The notes below the pieces were generated by a model, which was not told the DNA's origin, ran no database searches, and was given only the letters and a program-made list of their open reading frames with translations. This document shows positions 50,401-59,034 of a DNA stretch of 64,000 bases, in pieces (the first letter of the stretch is position 1; every line of letters starts with the position of its first letter). Source of the DNA: Pseudomonadota bacterium (GTDB taxonomy: Bacteria > Myxococcota > JACRCW01 > JAFGSX01); the NCBI GenBank assembly GCA_043821645.1, contig JBDRCO010000033.1, positions 1 through 64,000 of the forward strand, given 5' to 3'. The translations under genes and the position numbers were made by a program.

Positions 50401-52766
50401 AGCCGCTGCCCTGCGACCAGAAACTGCTGCACACTCGACGGCACCGGTGCCGTGCAGCGCGAGCGTGCACGCTGGGCATCGCGCAGGGGCGCCCCCCGCC
50501 ACACTTCCTCGTCGCGACGGCCGCGCTTCTCCCACAGGTCCGCGGCCTGGCCCACCTCGTGGAGAAAGGCGATCTCCTCCCGGCCCTCATCGACCCAGCG
50601 CGCCAGTCGACCCCAGGACCGGATCAGGGACTCGTGCACCAGCTCCAGCGAGGTCTCGCTGTCCTCATCCCGTCCCCCCTTGCGGACCGACAACAAGCGC
50701 GCCGCGGTCAGTCTATCCAGCACGTCTGCGGCGGCGGTGGGGAGCCCCTGCAGGGCCTGGGCTCGGGGCAGCACGCAGCGGGTCCCCTCCGACGTCACGA
50801 AGCGGAGCAAGAGCTGACGCGCGAAACGCACCTGCTCGGTACTGAGTCCCGTCAGCACGCCATCGGCGTGCTCGGCCAGAGCGCCTTCCACCCCACCCAT
50901 CGCCTCGTAGTGCGCCCGCCTTAGAAGACGTCGCTTGCGGTCCCGCCTCTCCCACAACATCTGGATGGCGAACTGCAGCAGCGGGAGGCAGGCGGGCTCG
51001 TTCTGGACCGAGCTCACCATCTCCTTGAGCAGGTTGGCGTCGTCGACCTCGTAGCCCGTCACCTGCAAGGGAAGCAGCAGGATCTCCTCGAGGGTGGTGG
51101 GTGCCGGGCTGCGCACGACGGTGACGCGACTCAGGGCCTCCCGCACCTCGGCGCCCATGGCCACACGCCCCAGAAAATCATCGCGCAGAGTGAACACCAC
51201 TCGGACCGGAGCCAGGGGATCGTCCGCGGCGGTGCAGATGGCCTGCATGAAGCGTGGACGCAGGCGCTCGTCCTCGACCAGGGTATACAGCTCCTCCAGC
51301 TGATCGATGAACAGGAGGACCCGCGAGCCCGTCTGCTCGGCCATGCGGTGCAGCACCAGCGAGAGCTGCTGCGGTGTCTGGGCGAGCTGCCGGGCCAGCT
51401 CACGCTCGTCGCTGGCCTGCAGCACCGTCCGCGGATCGAAGCCCGAGCTCGAGAGGTGATCGCGCTGCCGGGGACGCTGGTCAAAGGTCTGCACGTCGAC
51501 GGAGCTGCTGCTCCAGTTGCTGGCCTCGCCAGCCACCAGCCGCGCGGCGAGCGTGGCAAAGGGCTGGTTGCCCGGGCGCATGGACAGCACCAGCCACGAG
51601 CCCTGCTCGCGCAGCCGGGGCACCACTCCGGCCTGGACAAAGGAACTCTTGCCGGCCCCCGACGGTCCAACCACGGGCAGCACCGGATCCTCGCGCAAGC
51701 GCTCGACAAAGGCCGCGATCTCGGCGTCGCGTCCAAAAAAGAAATCCGCGTGGCGCTCGCCAAAGGGCAACAGTCCGCGAAACGGGCTCCGTTCATCCCC
51801 GCCGAGGTTGCGGCGACGCGAGATCATGCGCTCGAGTTCGGACACCACCTCCACCGCAGAGATCCGCTGCCGGGGGTCCTTGGCCAGGCAGCGACTCACC
51901 AGCTCACCGACGTCCCTGGGCAGCTCGGCAAACTGGGTCACCAGAGGCACGGGTTCGGGAGAGGTCACCTTGAAGGCCAGGGGCGCAGCATCGCGGTCCG
52001 TGTAGGGGCGGCGACCGGTCAGCAGCTCGAACAGGATCACCCCCAGAGCCCAGATGTCGCTGGCCTGGTCGCTGGGGAGCTGCTGCCAGCGCTCCGGAGA
52101 GATGTAGGCAGGGGTGCCGACGATGATCCGATCCCCGTCGTCCCCGGCAGGCTCCGCGTCGCGCCGGGGAGAGTGGCGCTGCGGCGACGCTTCGTCGATG
52201 GTGTCCAGATCTTCGAGGCTGCTCTGGGTCACCTGGTCCGGCGCCGCCCTGTGCAGGGCACGGCTCTCCACCGACGCCAGGGCCTCTTCACCAATGGCCT
52301 TGGCCAGACCGAAATCCACCACCCGCAGGCGACCATCGCGAGGGATGAGCACGTTCTCGGGCTTCAGATCGCGATGCAGCACGTTGTGGCGGTGGGCTTC
52401 CTGCAGGGCCTCGGCGATGGCCAGGCCAAAGCGCATGCTCTCCCGCAGGCTCGGCCACTGCTCGCGCATGCGCTGGCGAAGGCTCTGGCCCTCGAGGTAC
52501 TCGAGCGCGATGTAGGGATTGCCCTGGTGCTCACCGGCAGCGAACACGGTCACGATGTGCGGATGATTGAACTGCGCGGTGGTCCGGGCCTCGAACAGGA
52601 AACGCTGGATCGATTTGGCCGAGCCCAGGTGCGTTGCGTTCACCACCTTGAGCGCGACCTTGCGCCCGAGCACGGTGTCGCGCGCCAGGTACACTTCCCC
52701 CATGCCACCCTGCCCCAGCAGGCGAAGCACGCGGAACTGATCGACCATCTCGTCGGGCTTGAGCAC
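47448..52766 (-). CDS. Ser/Thr kinase-STAND NTPase (nSTAND1-like)-TM-WD40 repeat protein
   Basis: LGQGGMGEVY, HRDLKPEN, DFG; SPFRGL...FFGR, GPSGAGKSS, IDQLEE; TM LAVAALAVVAVTAAVMAAAFF; about 14 GH...WD repeats; GTG start inferred. Confidence 0.93.
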   Translation of the reverse strand: MLKPDEMVDQFRVLRLLGQGGMGEVYLARDTVLGRKVALKVVNATHLGSAKSIQRFLFEARTTAQFNHPHIVTVFAAGEHQGNPYIALEYLEGQSLRQRMREQWPSLRESMRFGLAIAEALQEAHRHNVLHRDLKPENVLIPRDGRLRVVDFGLAKAIGEEALASVESRALHRAAPDQVTQSSLEDLDTIDEASPQRHSPRRDAEPAGDDGDRIIVGTPAYISPERWQQLPSDQASDIWALGVILFELLTGRRPYTDRDAAPLAFKVTSPEPVPLVTQFAELPRDVGELVSRCLAKDPRQRISAVEVVSELERMISRRRNLGGDERSPFRGLLPFGERHADFFFGRDAEIAAFVERLREDPVLPVVGPSGAGKSSFVQAGVVPRLREQGSWLVLSMRPGNQPFATLAARLVAGEASNWSSSSVDVQTFDQRPRQRDHLSSSGFDPRTVLQASDERELARQLAQTPQQLSLVLHRMAEQTGSRVLLFIDQLEELYTLVEDERLRPRFMQAICTAADDPLAPVRVVFTLRDDFLGRVAMGAEVREALSRVTVVRSPAPTTLEEILLLPLQVTGYEVDDANLLKEMVSSVQNEPACLPLLQFAIQMLWERRDRKRRLLRRAHYEAMGGVEGALAEHADGVLTGLSTEQVRFARQLLLRFVTSEGTRCVLPRAQALQGLPTAAADVLDRLTAARLLSVRKGGRDEDSETSLELVHESLIRSWGRLARWVDEGREEIAFLHEVGQAADLWEKRGRRDEEVWRGAPLRDAQRARSRCTAPVPSSVQQFLVAGQRLERRAQRRKRLAVAALAVVAVTAAVMAAAFFEQKNEARRRSAELRVQWAEAQREGARAALLREDFIEARAKLRASLESQDSALGRALWWSLRHNPLQWRVQLETQVYDVTFSPDGATVAAACQDKTVHLFDVETASNRVLRGSDDQVVSLAFSPDGKRLAGGSGTGQIRVWDLTSGAVKLLDGHKAAVWGVAFSPDGAQLASASWDKTVRLWDVDAAVHTSVLQGHTDSVWSVSYSPDGKLLASTSSDRTIRLWEISGGRASPNRVLTGHAKEVAAARFSRDGKRLVSASYDATLRVWDVTTGAQLLQLLGHQDRVRDVCFGLDDKTLISGSSDGTIRIWDATTGVQRRVLEGHTAAVSGLSVSPNGRRLVSGGYDNSVRLWRLDDEVTLPVPQGHSAGAYAVAFSPDDTRVASSSYDKSIRLWDIASGRQMQVLQGHTDYIFGLSYSPDGTLLASSSYDKNVRIWDLKTGTTRAVLEGHTAMVDGVDFSPDGRRIASGSSDRTVRLWNVATGRVEKVLKGHTGWVTGVDFSPDGKLLASGGFDNVVRLWDLAKGKQVRVLSGHEAEVYGVAFSPDGRLLATGGGDKILRVFEVHNGQSRELGRHDGRIYRLAWSPDGKWIGTSSADGTARLWPLAGGAAKVLRGHRTETNGIAYSPNGLLVATTGDDATVRLWNARNGQPVWRGPAMLAGAGVTFSHAGWRHLDGTRVAKETGWQRAIADHAQLVAESSDGTHLCLLGFDGGIELWQIATDQRLFQARLDEARLIESLGTACVVATPRLVRILDSHGGATDLPLEASALGSAGDELLVAAGRKVFTFAADGSPRASFDADVGVTAVLRTATWLVLGFAEGGIELVPLDKAQGARSSFSFESVPSSAVVRLVEGPLDTLLVGYANGALGIWNIQNGKQLYQTRIHGPVRHLVLSSHALYAGSELGAFLSVDLDALDMPYCTLLRSVWDSVGVVWIGGLPLRSPPSPDHACALPP

Positions 52767-52881
52767 CCTCGCCCCATTGCCGTACCGGTTTCTCCACCGG
52801 CTGGTGCAGCGCACTATAGCAGGCCGTGGCGTCCGTTGTGCCAGGCTCCCGTCGTCATCCCGGGCTGGCGTGGTCCCGGGT

Positions 52882-53850
52882 TCAAGGTGCACTCCCTCCC
52901 AGGGACTCCGCCTCCACGTTCCCCTGTGGGGGGCCTCCCAGCTTCTTGATGAGCAGCTTGTTCAGGCCGCGCTCGTGCAACCGGACCCGGTACATGTAGC
53001 GGCTCCCGCTCGCGGTCTGAAAAGTGAGTTCGTGCTCGCCCGGAGAAAGTCGCAGAGCCTTGGAGGGAAACACCGGCGTGCGCATCCCGCTGTCCTTGCC
53101 GTCGATGAACAGCCTGGCAGGCGGGTGCGTGTTGACGGCCAGCTCGACCCGACCATCGTCCGCGACGGCAGATGGCGCGGCTCCGGCAGCCGGGCTGTCC
53201 CCGGTCTGCGCTTCACAGTTGCTGCACCCCAGGTAGTCCGGGTCGCGAAGGAAGGCATTGCCGAGTGGTGTGGCGCCAGGCCTTGGAACGCTGAGCACGG
53301 CGGGCCCGGGCGCCTCGACCCGCACCCGGTAGCTGTGGCGCTGGCCCAGGGCGTCGACGAGCTGCACTTCGTGGGTACCGACGCTCAGTGCCTCACCACG
53401 GAGGGGAGTCCGGCTGGCCAGCGCGCGCCCATCGATCTCCACCTGCAGCCCGGCCACGCCCACGATGTCGAAGGGAACCCGGGGGCTCGGCGAGAGGTCG
53501 TCCTCGTTTTCAGTGTCGTCGTCTTCGGGTCCGGGCCGGCCTTGCAGATAGACCGTGAGCTGCTGTGCCGTGTGAGGAACCAGGGTCAGGGTTCGGCTCC
53601 AGCGGGCGTGACCATCCAGCGTGAGCACGACGCGGTGGCTCGGGATCTTCGACGTCGCGCTGGCGGGGCTGCCGAGGCGGTAGGGCGTCTGGCCTGCGGG
53701 CTCGCCGTCGATGGAGACCTGGGCTCCCGGCGGCACGCTGTCGATGATCAGGGTTCCCGGGTCTGGTCGGTCCACGACCGGGGCCGAGCCGGAGATCTGG
53801 CAGCCCAGGCAGCACAGGATGGTGAGCACGAGCCAGGAGCCACTTCGCAT
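52882..53850 (-). CDS. PEGA-domain lipoprotein
   Basis: CLGC lipobox, IDSVPPGAQVSIDG...GQTP, second module PARLFIDG...TP...LSPGEH. Confidence 0.85.
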   Translation of the reverse strand: MRSGSWLVLTILCCLGCQISGSAPVVDRPDPGTLIIDSVPPGAQVSIDGEPAGQTPYRLGSPASATSKIPSHRVVLTLDGHARWSRTLTLVPHTAQQLTVYLQGRPGPEDDDTENEDDLSPSPRVPFDIVGVAGLQVEIDGRALASRTPLRGEALSVGTHEVQLVDALGQRHSYRVRVEAPGPAVLSVPRPGATPLGNAFLRDPDYLGCSNCEAQTGDSPAAGAAPSAVADDGRVELAVNTHPPARLFIDGKDSGMRTPVFPSKALRLSPGEHELTFQTASGSRYMYRVRLHERGLNKLLIKKLGGPPQGNVEAESLGGSAP

Positions 53851-54028
53851 CAAGCACTCGCTCCTTCCCGGATTCTCAATCACGAACCTCGTCGCAGACC
53901 TGGTGCGAGCACCGGAGCCGATCCAGCTCCCTGTCTACCTCGCGCCGCGCGACGGTTCCAGTGTGCAGCACGCGCTGGCCGCGGCTCAAAAAAACAGCTA
54001 GGACTGCCGACGAACCGAAAGGAATGCC

Positions 54029-54874
54029 ATGGCCGACCCGACGCAGCGCACCGTTTCGCCTTTGCCCGACCCAGCCGCCCCATCCGTGCTCGTCATCGCC
54101 GAGTCCGATCCCTCGGGCAGTGCTGGCGTGCAGGGGGACCTGACCACGCTGGCGGCTCTCGGTGTCTACGGCATGGCCGTGCCGACCGCGCTCACCGTCC
54201 GCGGTGCCGGCTCCGTGCAACGGATCGTAGGTGTCTCCCCGGCGCTGACCCAGGCCAGCATCCGCGCCGTGCTCGACGAGCTCCCGGTTGCCGCCGTCAA
54301 GATCGGGACCCTACCCGACGCCGCCACCGCCGCGGCCGTGGCGCGGGCTCTCGAGCAGTACGCGGGACCACTGGTGCTGGACCCGACGACGCACCGTGTG
54401 CGGCGGACACGCTACGGAGACCGCCGGCTGCGCGACGCACTGGTCGACCTGCTGGTCCCGCGCGCCACCGTGGTCACTCCCAACCTCAATGCCGCCACGG
54501 CGCTGTGCCGGATCGAGGTGCGCGACCTGGAGATGATGATCGCGGCAGCCCGCGCCCTGGTCGGCATTGGCGCCGCCTGTGCCATGGTCAAGGGTGGGGG
54601 GCTCGACGGCGATCCCGTCGACGTGCTGGTCGACCGCCAGGCCTTCTCGCTGCTCTGGGGAACGCGCCACCACCTGCCGCGAACCCGCGGTGGAGGCAGC
54701 GCCGTGTCGACGGCTGTGGCCGTGGCCCTCGCCCGGGGCGCCGATCCCCGCGCCGCCTGCATCGACGCGCGCATCCGCCTGGACCGCGCCCTGGCCACGG
54801 ATCACGTCATCGGGCGCGGCACGCCGTCCATCGCCCACCATGCGCTGCGCCTGGCAGGACCCACGCCTCACTAA
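54029..54874 (+). CDS. ThiD-like (HMP/HMP-P kinase family) protein with degenerate catalytic motifs
   Basis: VLVIAESDPSGSAGVQGDL, AVKIG, VVTPN, VKGG, TRGGGS in place of THGTGC. Confidence 0.8.
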   Translation: MADPTQRTVSPLPDPAAPSVLVIAESDPSGSAGVQGDLTTLAALGVYGMAVPTALTVRGAGSVQRIVGVSPALTQASIRAVLDELPVAAVKIGTLPDAATAAAVARALEQYAGPLVLDPTTHRVRRTRYGDRRLRDALVDLLVPRATVVTPNLNAATALCRIEVRDLEMMIAAARALVGIGAACAMVKGGGLDGDPVDVLVDRQAFSLLWGTRHHLPRTRGGGSAVSTAVAVALARGADPRAACIDARIRLDRALATDHVIGRGTPSIAHHALRLAGPTPH

Positions 54875-55326
54875 CCGGCTTTCTTGCTCTTGCTCTTCTT
54901 GGATTTGGCCTTGGAGATGGTCGACCCCGAGGTCATGGAGCGCGCCTCGGCCATGCGCGCCGCCACGTGCGGCCGGAACTCCGGAGCGATGGTGGCCAGC
55001 GGTTCCCATCCATCCTCGACGGACTCGCTCATCAGCAGGGGATCGTCGTCACCGAGCAGCTGGTAGATGTTCCGGCGATGCCTTTGCTCCTCGGGATCGT
55101 CTTCCCACTCGTCGAGCTCGCTGAGTCCAACGCCGGTGTAGCGTCCGACACCAACGCCGGTGGACCCATCGGCCTCGCCCTTGCGCCTGCCCTTCTTGGC
55201 CTTGGCCGCGCCGCCGGTGGTGGTCCCGCCGATGCCCGCACTGGTGGACTTGCCCTTCTGCTCGGTCTTGGGCTGCTGCTGCGGGAGGGGGCGAAGCGGT
55301 GTCCCTCCACGAATGCCACCGGGCAT
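54871..55326 (-). CDS. Hypothetical protein, Gly/Lys-rich N-half, acidic core
   Basis: GGAG RBS before MPGGIRGG; TG-T-TACACT element at 55376-55384. Confidence 0.6.
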   Translation of the reverse strand: MPGGIRGGTPLRPLPQQQPKTEQKGKSTSAGIGGTTTGGAAKAKKGRRKGEADGSTGVGVGRYTGVGLSELDEWEDDPEEQRHRRNIYQLLGDDDPLLMSESVEDGWEPLATIAPEFRPHVAARMAEARSMTSGSTISKAKSKKSKSKKAG

Positions 55327-55445
55327 GATCGTCTCCGTCGAGGCCGCGCACATCGACGCGCGGGTTCTTCTTCATAGTGTAACACAGGCCCGCTGTCACG
55401 CCGTCTGCTTGTGAGTTCGCGCGCATTTGTGCCACACTCCCCGCC

Positions 55446-56294
55446 GTGACTGCCCCTCGCGCGATGGTCCAGACCTCCCTGCGCTTCGGCGACGAAGCCC
55501 TGGCACTGGGACTGCATGATCAGGCCCTCGAGCACTACGAGGCGGCTCTCGCCAGCGACCGCAAATCTGCCGAAGCCTGGGTTGGCAAGGCTCGGGTGCT
55601 CAGGCACTGGGGGCGTCTGGGCGATGCCGAGGACGCCTACATCCATGCTGTCGAGGCGAGCCCGCAGCTGGTTCAGGCCTGGATCGAACTCATCCAGCTC
55701 GAGTTCGAGGGCGGCGCGCCCGAGGTGGCCGAGGAGAACCTGGCGGCGGCCCTGCGCCTGCACCCTGGCCATGCCGAGCTGGTCAAACTGCGCTCCAGCA
55801 CCCAGAAAGCCGTCGAGCCCGGGACACCGGCAGATGTGCTTGCCGAGTTGCGGGCTGCGCTGGACGCCGAGGACAGCGCGACCGCGCTCGAGGCGCTGGA
55901 CTATCTCTTTGTCGAGTTTCCGGAAGATCCCCTGACCTCGGTGGCAAGAGCCGAGATGTATCTGGCCGTGGGAGACGACGACCCGGTGGACCTGATCCAC
56001 ACCCTCAACCGCGTGCGCAGCCAGCACCCCAACCTGTGGGAGATCCTCAGTGCCCTGGGTCGCCTGATGATGGCTCGCAGCCCCATGCGCAACCTGCGCG
56101 TGGGCGCGGCGCTGTGCGAGGATGCCTGGCGCGTCAGCGGCGAGCACCCGCGGGCGGGGCTGGCCCTGGTCGAAGCCTGGTCGGCTCTTGGCAAGGACAG
56201 ACTGGCCCACGCCCTGTGCCAGCGACTGGCGCAAGGAGAGGGCGTCGAGGCCGAGATCGCGAGCACCTGGCTGGAGGCCGCCAGCTCGGACTAG
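55446..56294 (+). CDS. TPR-repeat protein
   Basis: ALEHYEAAL...AEAWVGKA, AWIEL...ALRLHP; GGAG-poor GTG start uncertain. Confidence 0.8.
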   Translation: MTAPRAMVQTSLRFGDEALALGLHDQALEHYEAALASDRKSAEAWVGKARVLRHWGRLGDAEDAYIHAVEASPQLVQAWIELIQLEFEGGAPEVAEENLAAALRLHPGHAELVKLRSSTQKAVEPGTPADVLAELRAALDAEDSATALEALDYLFVEFPEDPLTSVARAEMYLAVGDDDPVDLIHTLNRVRSQHPNLWEILSALGRLMMARSPMRNLRVGAALCEDAWRVSGEHPRAGLALVEAWSALGKDRLAHALCQRLAQGEGVEAEIASTWLEAASSD

Positions 56295-56456
56295 CACCGG
56301 TTTCGCGCCGAGCTGACCGATGGTGCCGGGCACCCCCTACCTCGGACTCCGATGCAGGCGAAAACAGTCCAGGCGAGAGGTTGGAGCAGACCCGCCGGCA
56401 AGTGACCGACGAGCATCCGCGCAAGGGGTGGTGCGGACGAACGCTACGAGGAGAGG

Positions 56457-58541
56457 CTAGGCCCCCCGGTAGCGCCTGACGCACAGCGCGATCGCCAGCA
56501 ACAGGACACCCAGGAAGGGCGGGGCCTGGGCCGGGCCCTGACAGATGCAACCTGGTGGCTCGGCACCAAGCGCCGCGTCGCTGCGCCCCGCATCGCCTGC
56601 GGCGTCGGTGGTCGCCGACGCATCCGCCAGCACAGCCCCATCGACCACGCCGGCGTCGTTGAACACCGGATCGCAGGCATCCCCCACACCGTCCTGGTCG
56701 GTGTCTGCCTGGTCGCGATTGGGTACCAGACGGCAATTGTCCGCACCGTCGTCGACATCGTCGTCGTCGGAGTCCGTGTCGCGCAGATCGGGCGTGCCGT
56801 CGCGGTCGGTGTCGACAGGCGCCGAGAGCAGGTCCGCATCGCCGGCCTCGTCCCTATCCAGCACGCCGTCGCCGTCAGAGTCGTCGTCCAGGGCATCGAT
56901 ATCGGTGTCACCATCGGTGTTGCGCGGCGCGCCGGGATCGCCCAGCTCGTCGAGATCGGACACCGTGTCTCCGTCCGAGTCGCGGCTGCTCGTGTCCATA
57001 CCCAGGGCATCCTCCAGGGTGTCCGGCACGCCGTCGCCATCGTCATCGATGGCAGTGCAGACCAGGGTCAGGTCGCTCCCCGCGGTCCCCAGACCGTCAC
57101 TCGCGGTCAGGCGCAAACGCCAGGTCCCGGCCTCGGAGTAGTGCGGCACCCAGCTGAAGGCACCACTCCCGGCATCCATGGAGGCACCCGGCGGAAAACC
57201 AAGCCCCGCATAGGTCACGCTGTCGCCCTCGGGATCCTGGGCCGCTGCGGTGAAGTTCACAGCCACCCCTTCGGCCACCGCGAGGGTGCCCTGGGGGGTC
57301 GGGGAGACGAACACGGGCAGGTCGTTGACCCCGGTGACGCGCACCCAGCTCTGGGCCTGCAGGCTGACGTCGCTGCCATCGTCGACCTGGAACACGATCG
57401 TGCGCTGCCCGGCGGTCGGATCGTCCCCGGCCGAGTTCTCGTAACGCACGCTTCGCAAGGCGGCCTGAAAACTGGCAAGGTCCGCCGGTCCCTGCAGGAG
57501 CAGGATGCCGGTGGCGGCCGCGAAGGCCTGGGCGGTGACGCCGAAGGCGGCGACGAAGGACAGCAGATCCTCCCCCTGCACGTAGCCATCACCCAGCGTC
57601 ACGGTGGCACTGTTGATGGTGTTGCCGTCGTCAGTGAGCCGCAGCATGGGATCCACCGCAACCGCGCCATCGCCCTCGAGGTAGCTCAGGGTGCTGCCCG
57701 CGCTGACCACGGGCGCGCCGTTGGGCATGTGCAGCTCCAGGCGCAGGTCGTAAAAATTGGGGTCGTCCGCAAACTGGGGTGCCACCCGGGCCACAAAATC
57801 TCCCGCCGCCAGATCGACGCTGATGACGGTGGCATCCTCGACCTGGCTCGCAGTGCCCTGCACCTGGCCGGCCGTGTTCTCGATGCGCAGCAGCACGCGT
57901 CCGGCCGCCGGGGCATGCAGCACGGCGAGCTCCACCCGCAGCGGCACGCCGAGGGTGAAGGCCACCCAGTCCTCGCTGTCGTTGGCGATGCGGTCGAGGG
58001 TCAGTCCCGGAGTCACGCTGCGCGCCGCGATAGCCGAATCGTCCTCCTCGGCCGCGTCGTCGTCGACCAGAACCACGCTCAACACGGACGTCTCTGGCAC
58101 GTCATACAGGCAGAAGGTGCCGCATTCGGCCTTGGTCACTCGCGCCCAGGCATACAGCTCCACGGCCGTGCCGAGATCGTCGTCCTGGAACCAGGACCCG
58201 CAATCAAAGCGCCGATCGATGCCGTTGGCGCTGACCTCGGCGGCACTCACCGTGAAGGTGGTCCCCCACACCAGATCATCCCCCAGAGGATCGTCCTCGT
58301 ACACGGCGAGTTCCACGCCGTCGCCCGAGCTGAGCGCGACCTGCTGTGCCGCATCCAGGAGGCGCAGCTCGCACCAGCTCGCCTGGTCGCCGCGGATGGC
58401 CTGGGCCAGCACGTTGAGCACCACGGTGGCGTCGTCGTCGGAACCCGAGGTGCTCTGCACCGTGGGCCGGGCGTGGACCGGCGAGGCGAGTGTCGTGGCG
58501 ATCAGGGATGCGATCAGAGATGCGGTGGCGACAGGGCGCAT
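56457..58541 (-). CDS. Secreted surface protein with PPC, Ig/cadherin-like and Ca-binding DxDxD (TSP3-like) repeats and MYXO-CTERM-like tail
   Basis: Signal peptide; NGAP/NDLP Ig boundaries, DPEGD; repeats DDDGDG, DSDGD, DTDRDG, DNC...DQADTDQDGVGDACD; GCIC...LLLAIALCVRR. Confidence 0.88.
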   Translation of the reverse strand: MRPVATASLIASLIATTLASPVHARPTVQSTSGSDDDATVVLNVLAQAIRGDQASWCELRLLDAAQQVALSSGDGVELAVYEDDPLGDDLVWGTTFTVSAAEVSANGIDRRFDCGSWFQDDDLGTAVELYAWARVTKAECGTFCLYDVPETSVLSVVLVDDDAAEEDDSAIAARSVTPGLTLDRIANDSEDWVAFTLGVPLRVELAVLHAPAAGRVLLRIENTAGQVQGTASQVEDATVISVDLAAGDFVARVAPQFADDPNFYDLRLELHMPNGAPVVSAGSTLSYLEGDGAVAVDPMLRLTDDGNTINSATVTLGDGYVQGEDLLSFVAAFGVTAQAFAAATGILLLQGPADLASFQAALRSVRYENSAGDDPTAGQRTIVFQVDDGSDVSLQAQSWVRVTGVNDLPVFVSPTPQGTLAVAEGVAVNFTAAAQDPEGDSVTYAGLGFPPGASMDAGSGAFSWVPHYSEAGTWRLRLTASDGLGTAGSDLTLVCTAIDDDGDGVPDTLEDALGMDTSSRDSDGDTVSDLDELGDPGAPRNTDGDTDIDALDDDSDGDGVLDRDEAGDADLLSAPVDTDRDGTPDLRDTDSDDDDVDDGADNCRLVPNRDQADTDQDGVGDACDPVFNDAGVVDGAVLADASATTDAAGDAGRSDAALGAEPPGCICQGPAQAPPFLGVLLLAIALCVRRYRGA

Positions 58542-58632
58542 GGTCTCCCCCACGAGGTATCGTCGACGAGACGGACCTCGTCAAAGGGTAGGTGCTGCAC
58601 CCGGGAGGGTCAAGAAGACGGGCAAGGTCGCC

Positions 58633-58824
58633 TCAGAAGCGCATGCCCCGCTTCGCGCGAAACTTGAACCAGTCGAAGCCGAGATAGCTGGCCACACCGA
58701 GCAGGGGTACACCCAGGATCCAGGTCAGCCCGGCGCCGGCCACCAGGCCCACTCCGGCCACGCCGACGAACAGGTAGCGCTTGCGCCTCTCGACCATCTT
58801 GTCGCGCTCGACCAGCGTGCCCAT
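58633..58824 (-). CDS. Small two-TM membrane protein
   Basis: AAAGGA RBS; hydrophobic hairpin, basic C-terminus FRAKRGMRF. Confidence 0.65.
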   Translation of the reverse strand: MGTLVERDKMVERRKRYLFVGVAGVGLVAGAGLTWILGVPLLGVASYLGFDWFKFRAKRGMRF

Positions 58825-59034
58825 GCCGGTATCCTTTCTCTGCTTCGATGCACACCCTGTTTTACGACGCTAGCACATCTTGCCTGGCCCATCGTGCCCA
58901 CACCCACCAGGTCCGAGGCAAGTTCTCGCCCTTGGGGCACCGCTGCGGTGCCAGCCGGGAGCTCGCTGTGGTAGAAAAGAGCCCTCCTGCCGACGCCGCA
59001 CACGTCGGCGCCCACACGGCCCTGGAGGTCTGCC

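Noticed and set aside
56680-57050. GTC/TCG-rich tandem-like sequence
   Set aside because: It encodes Asp-rich Ca-binding repeats of the surface protein and is not a separate element.
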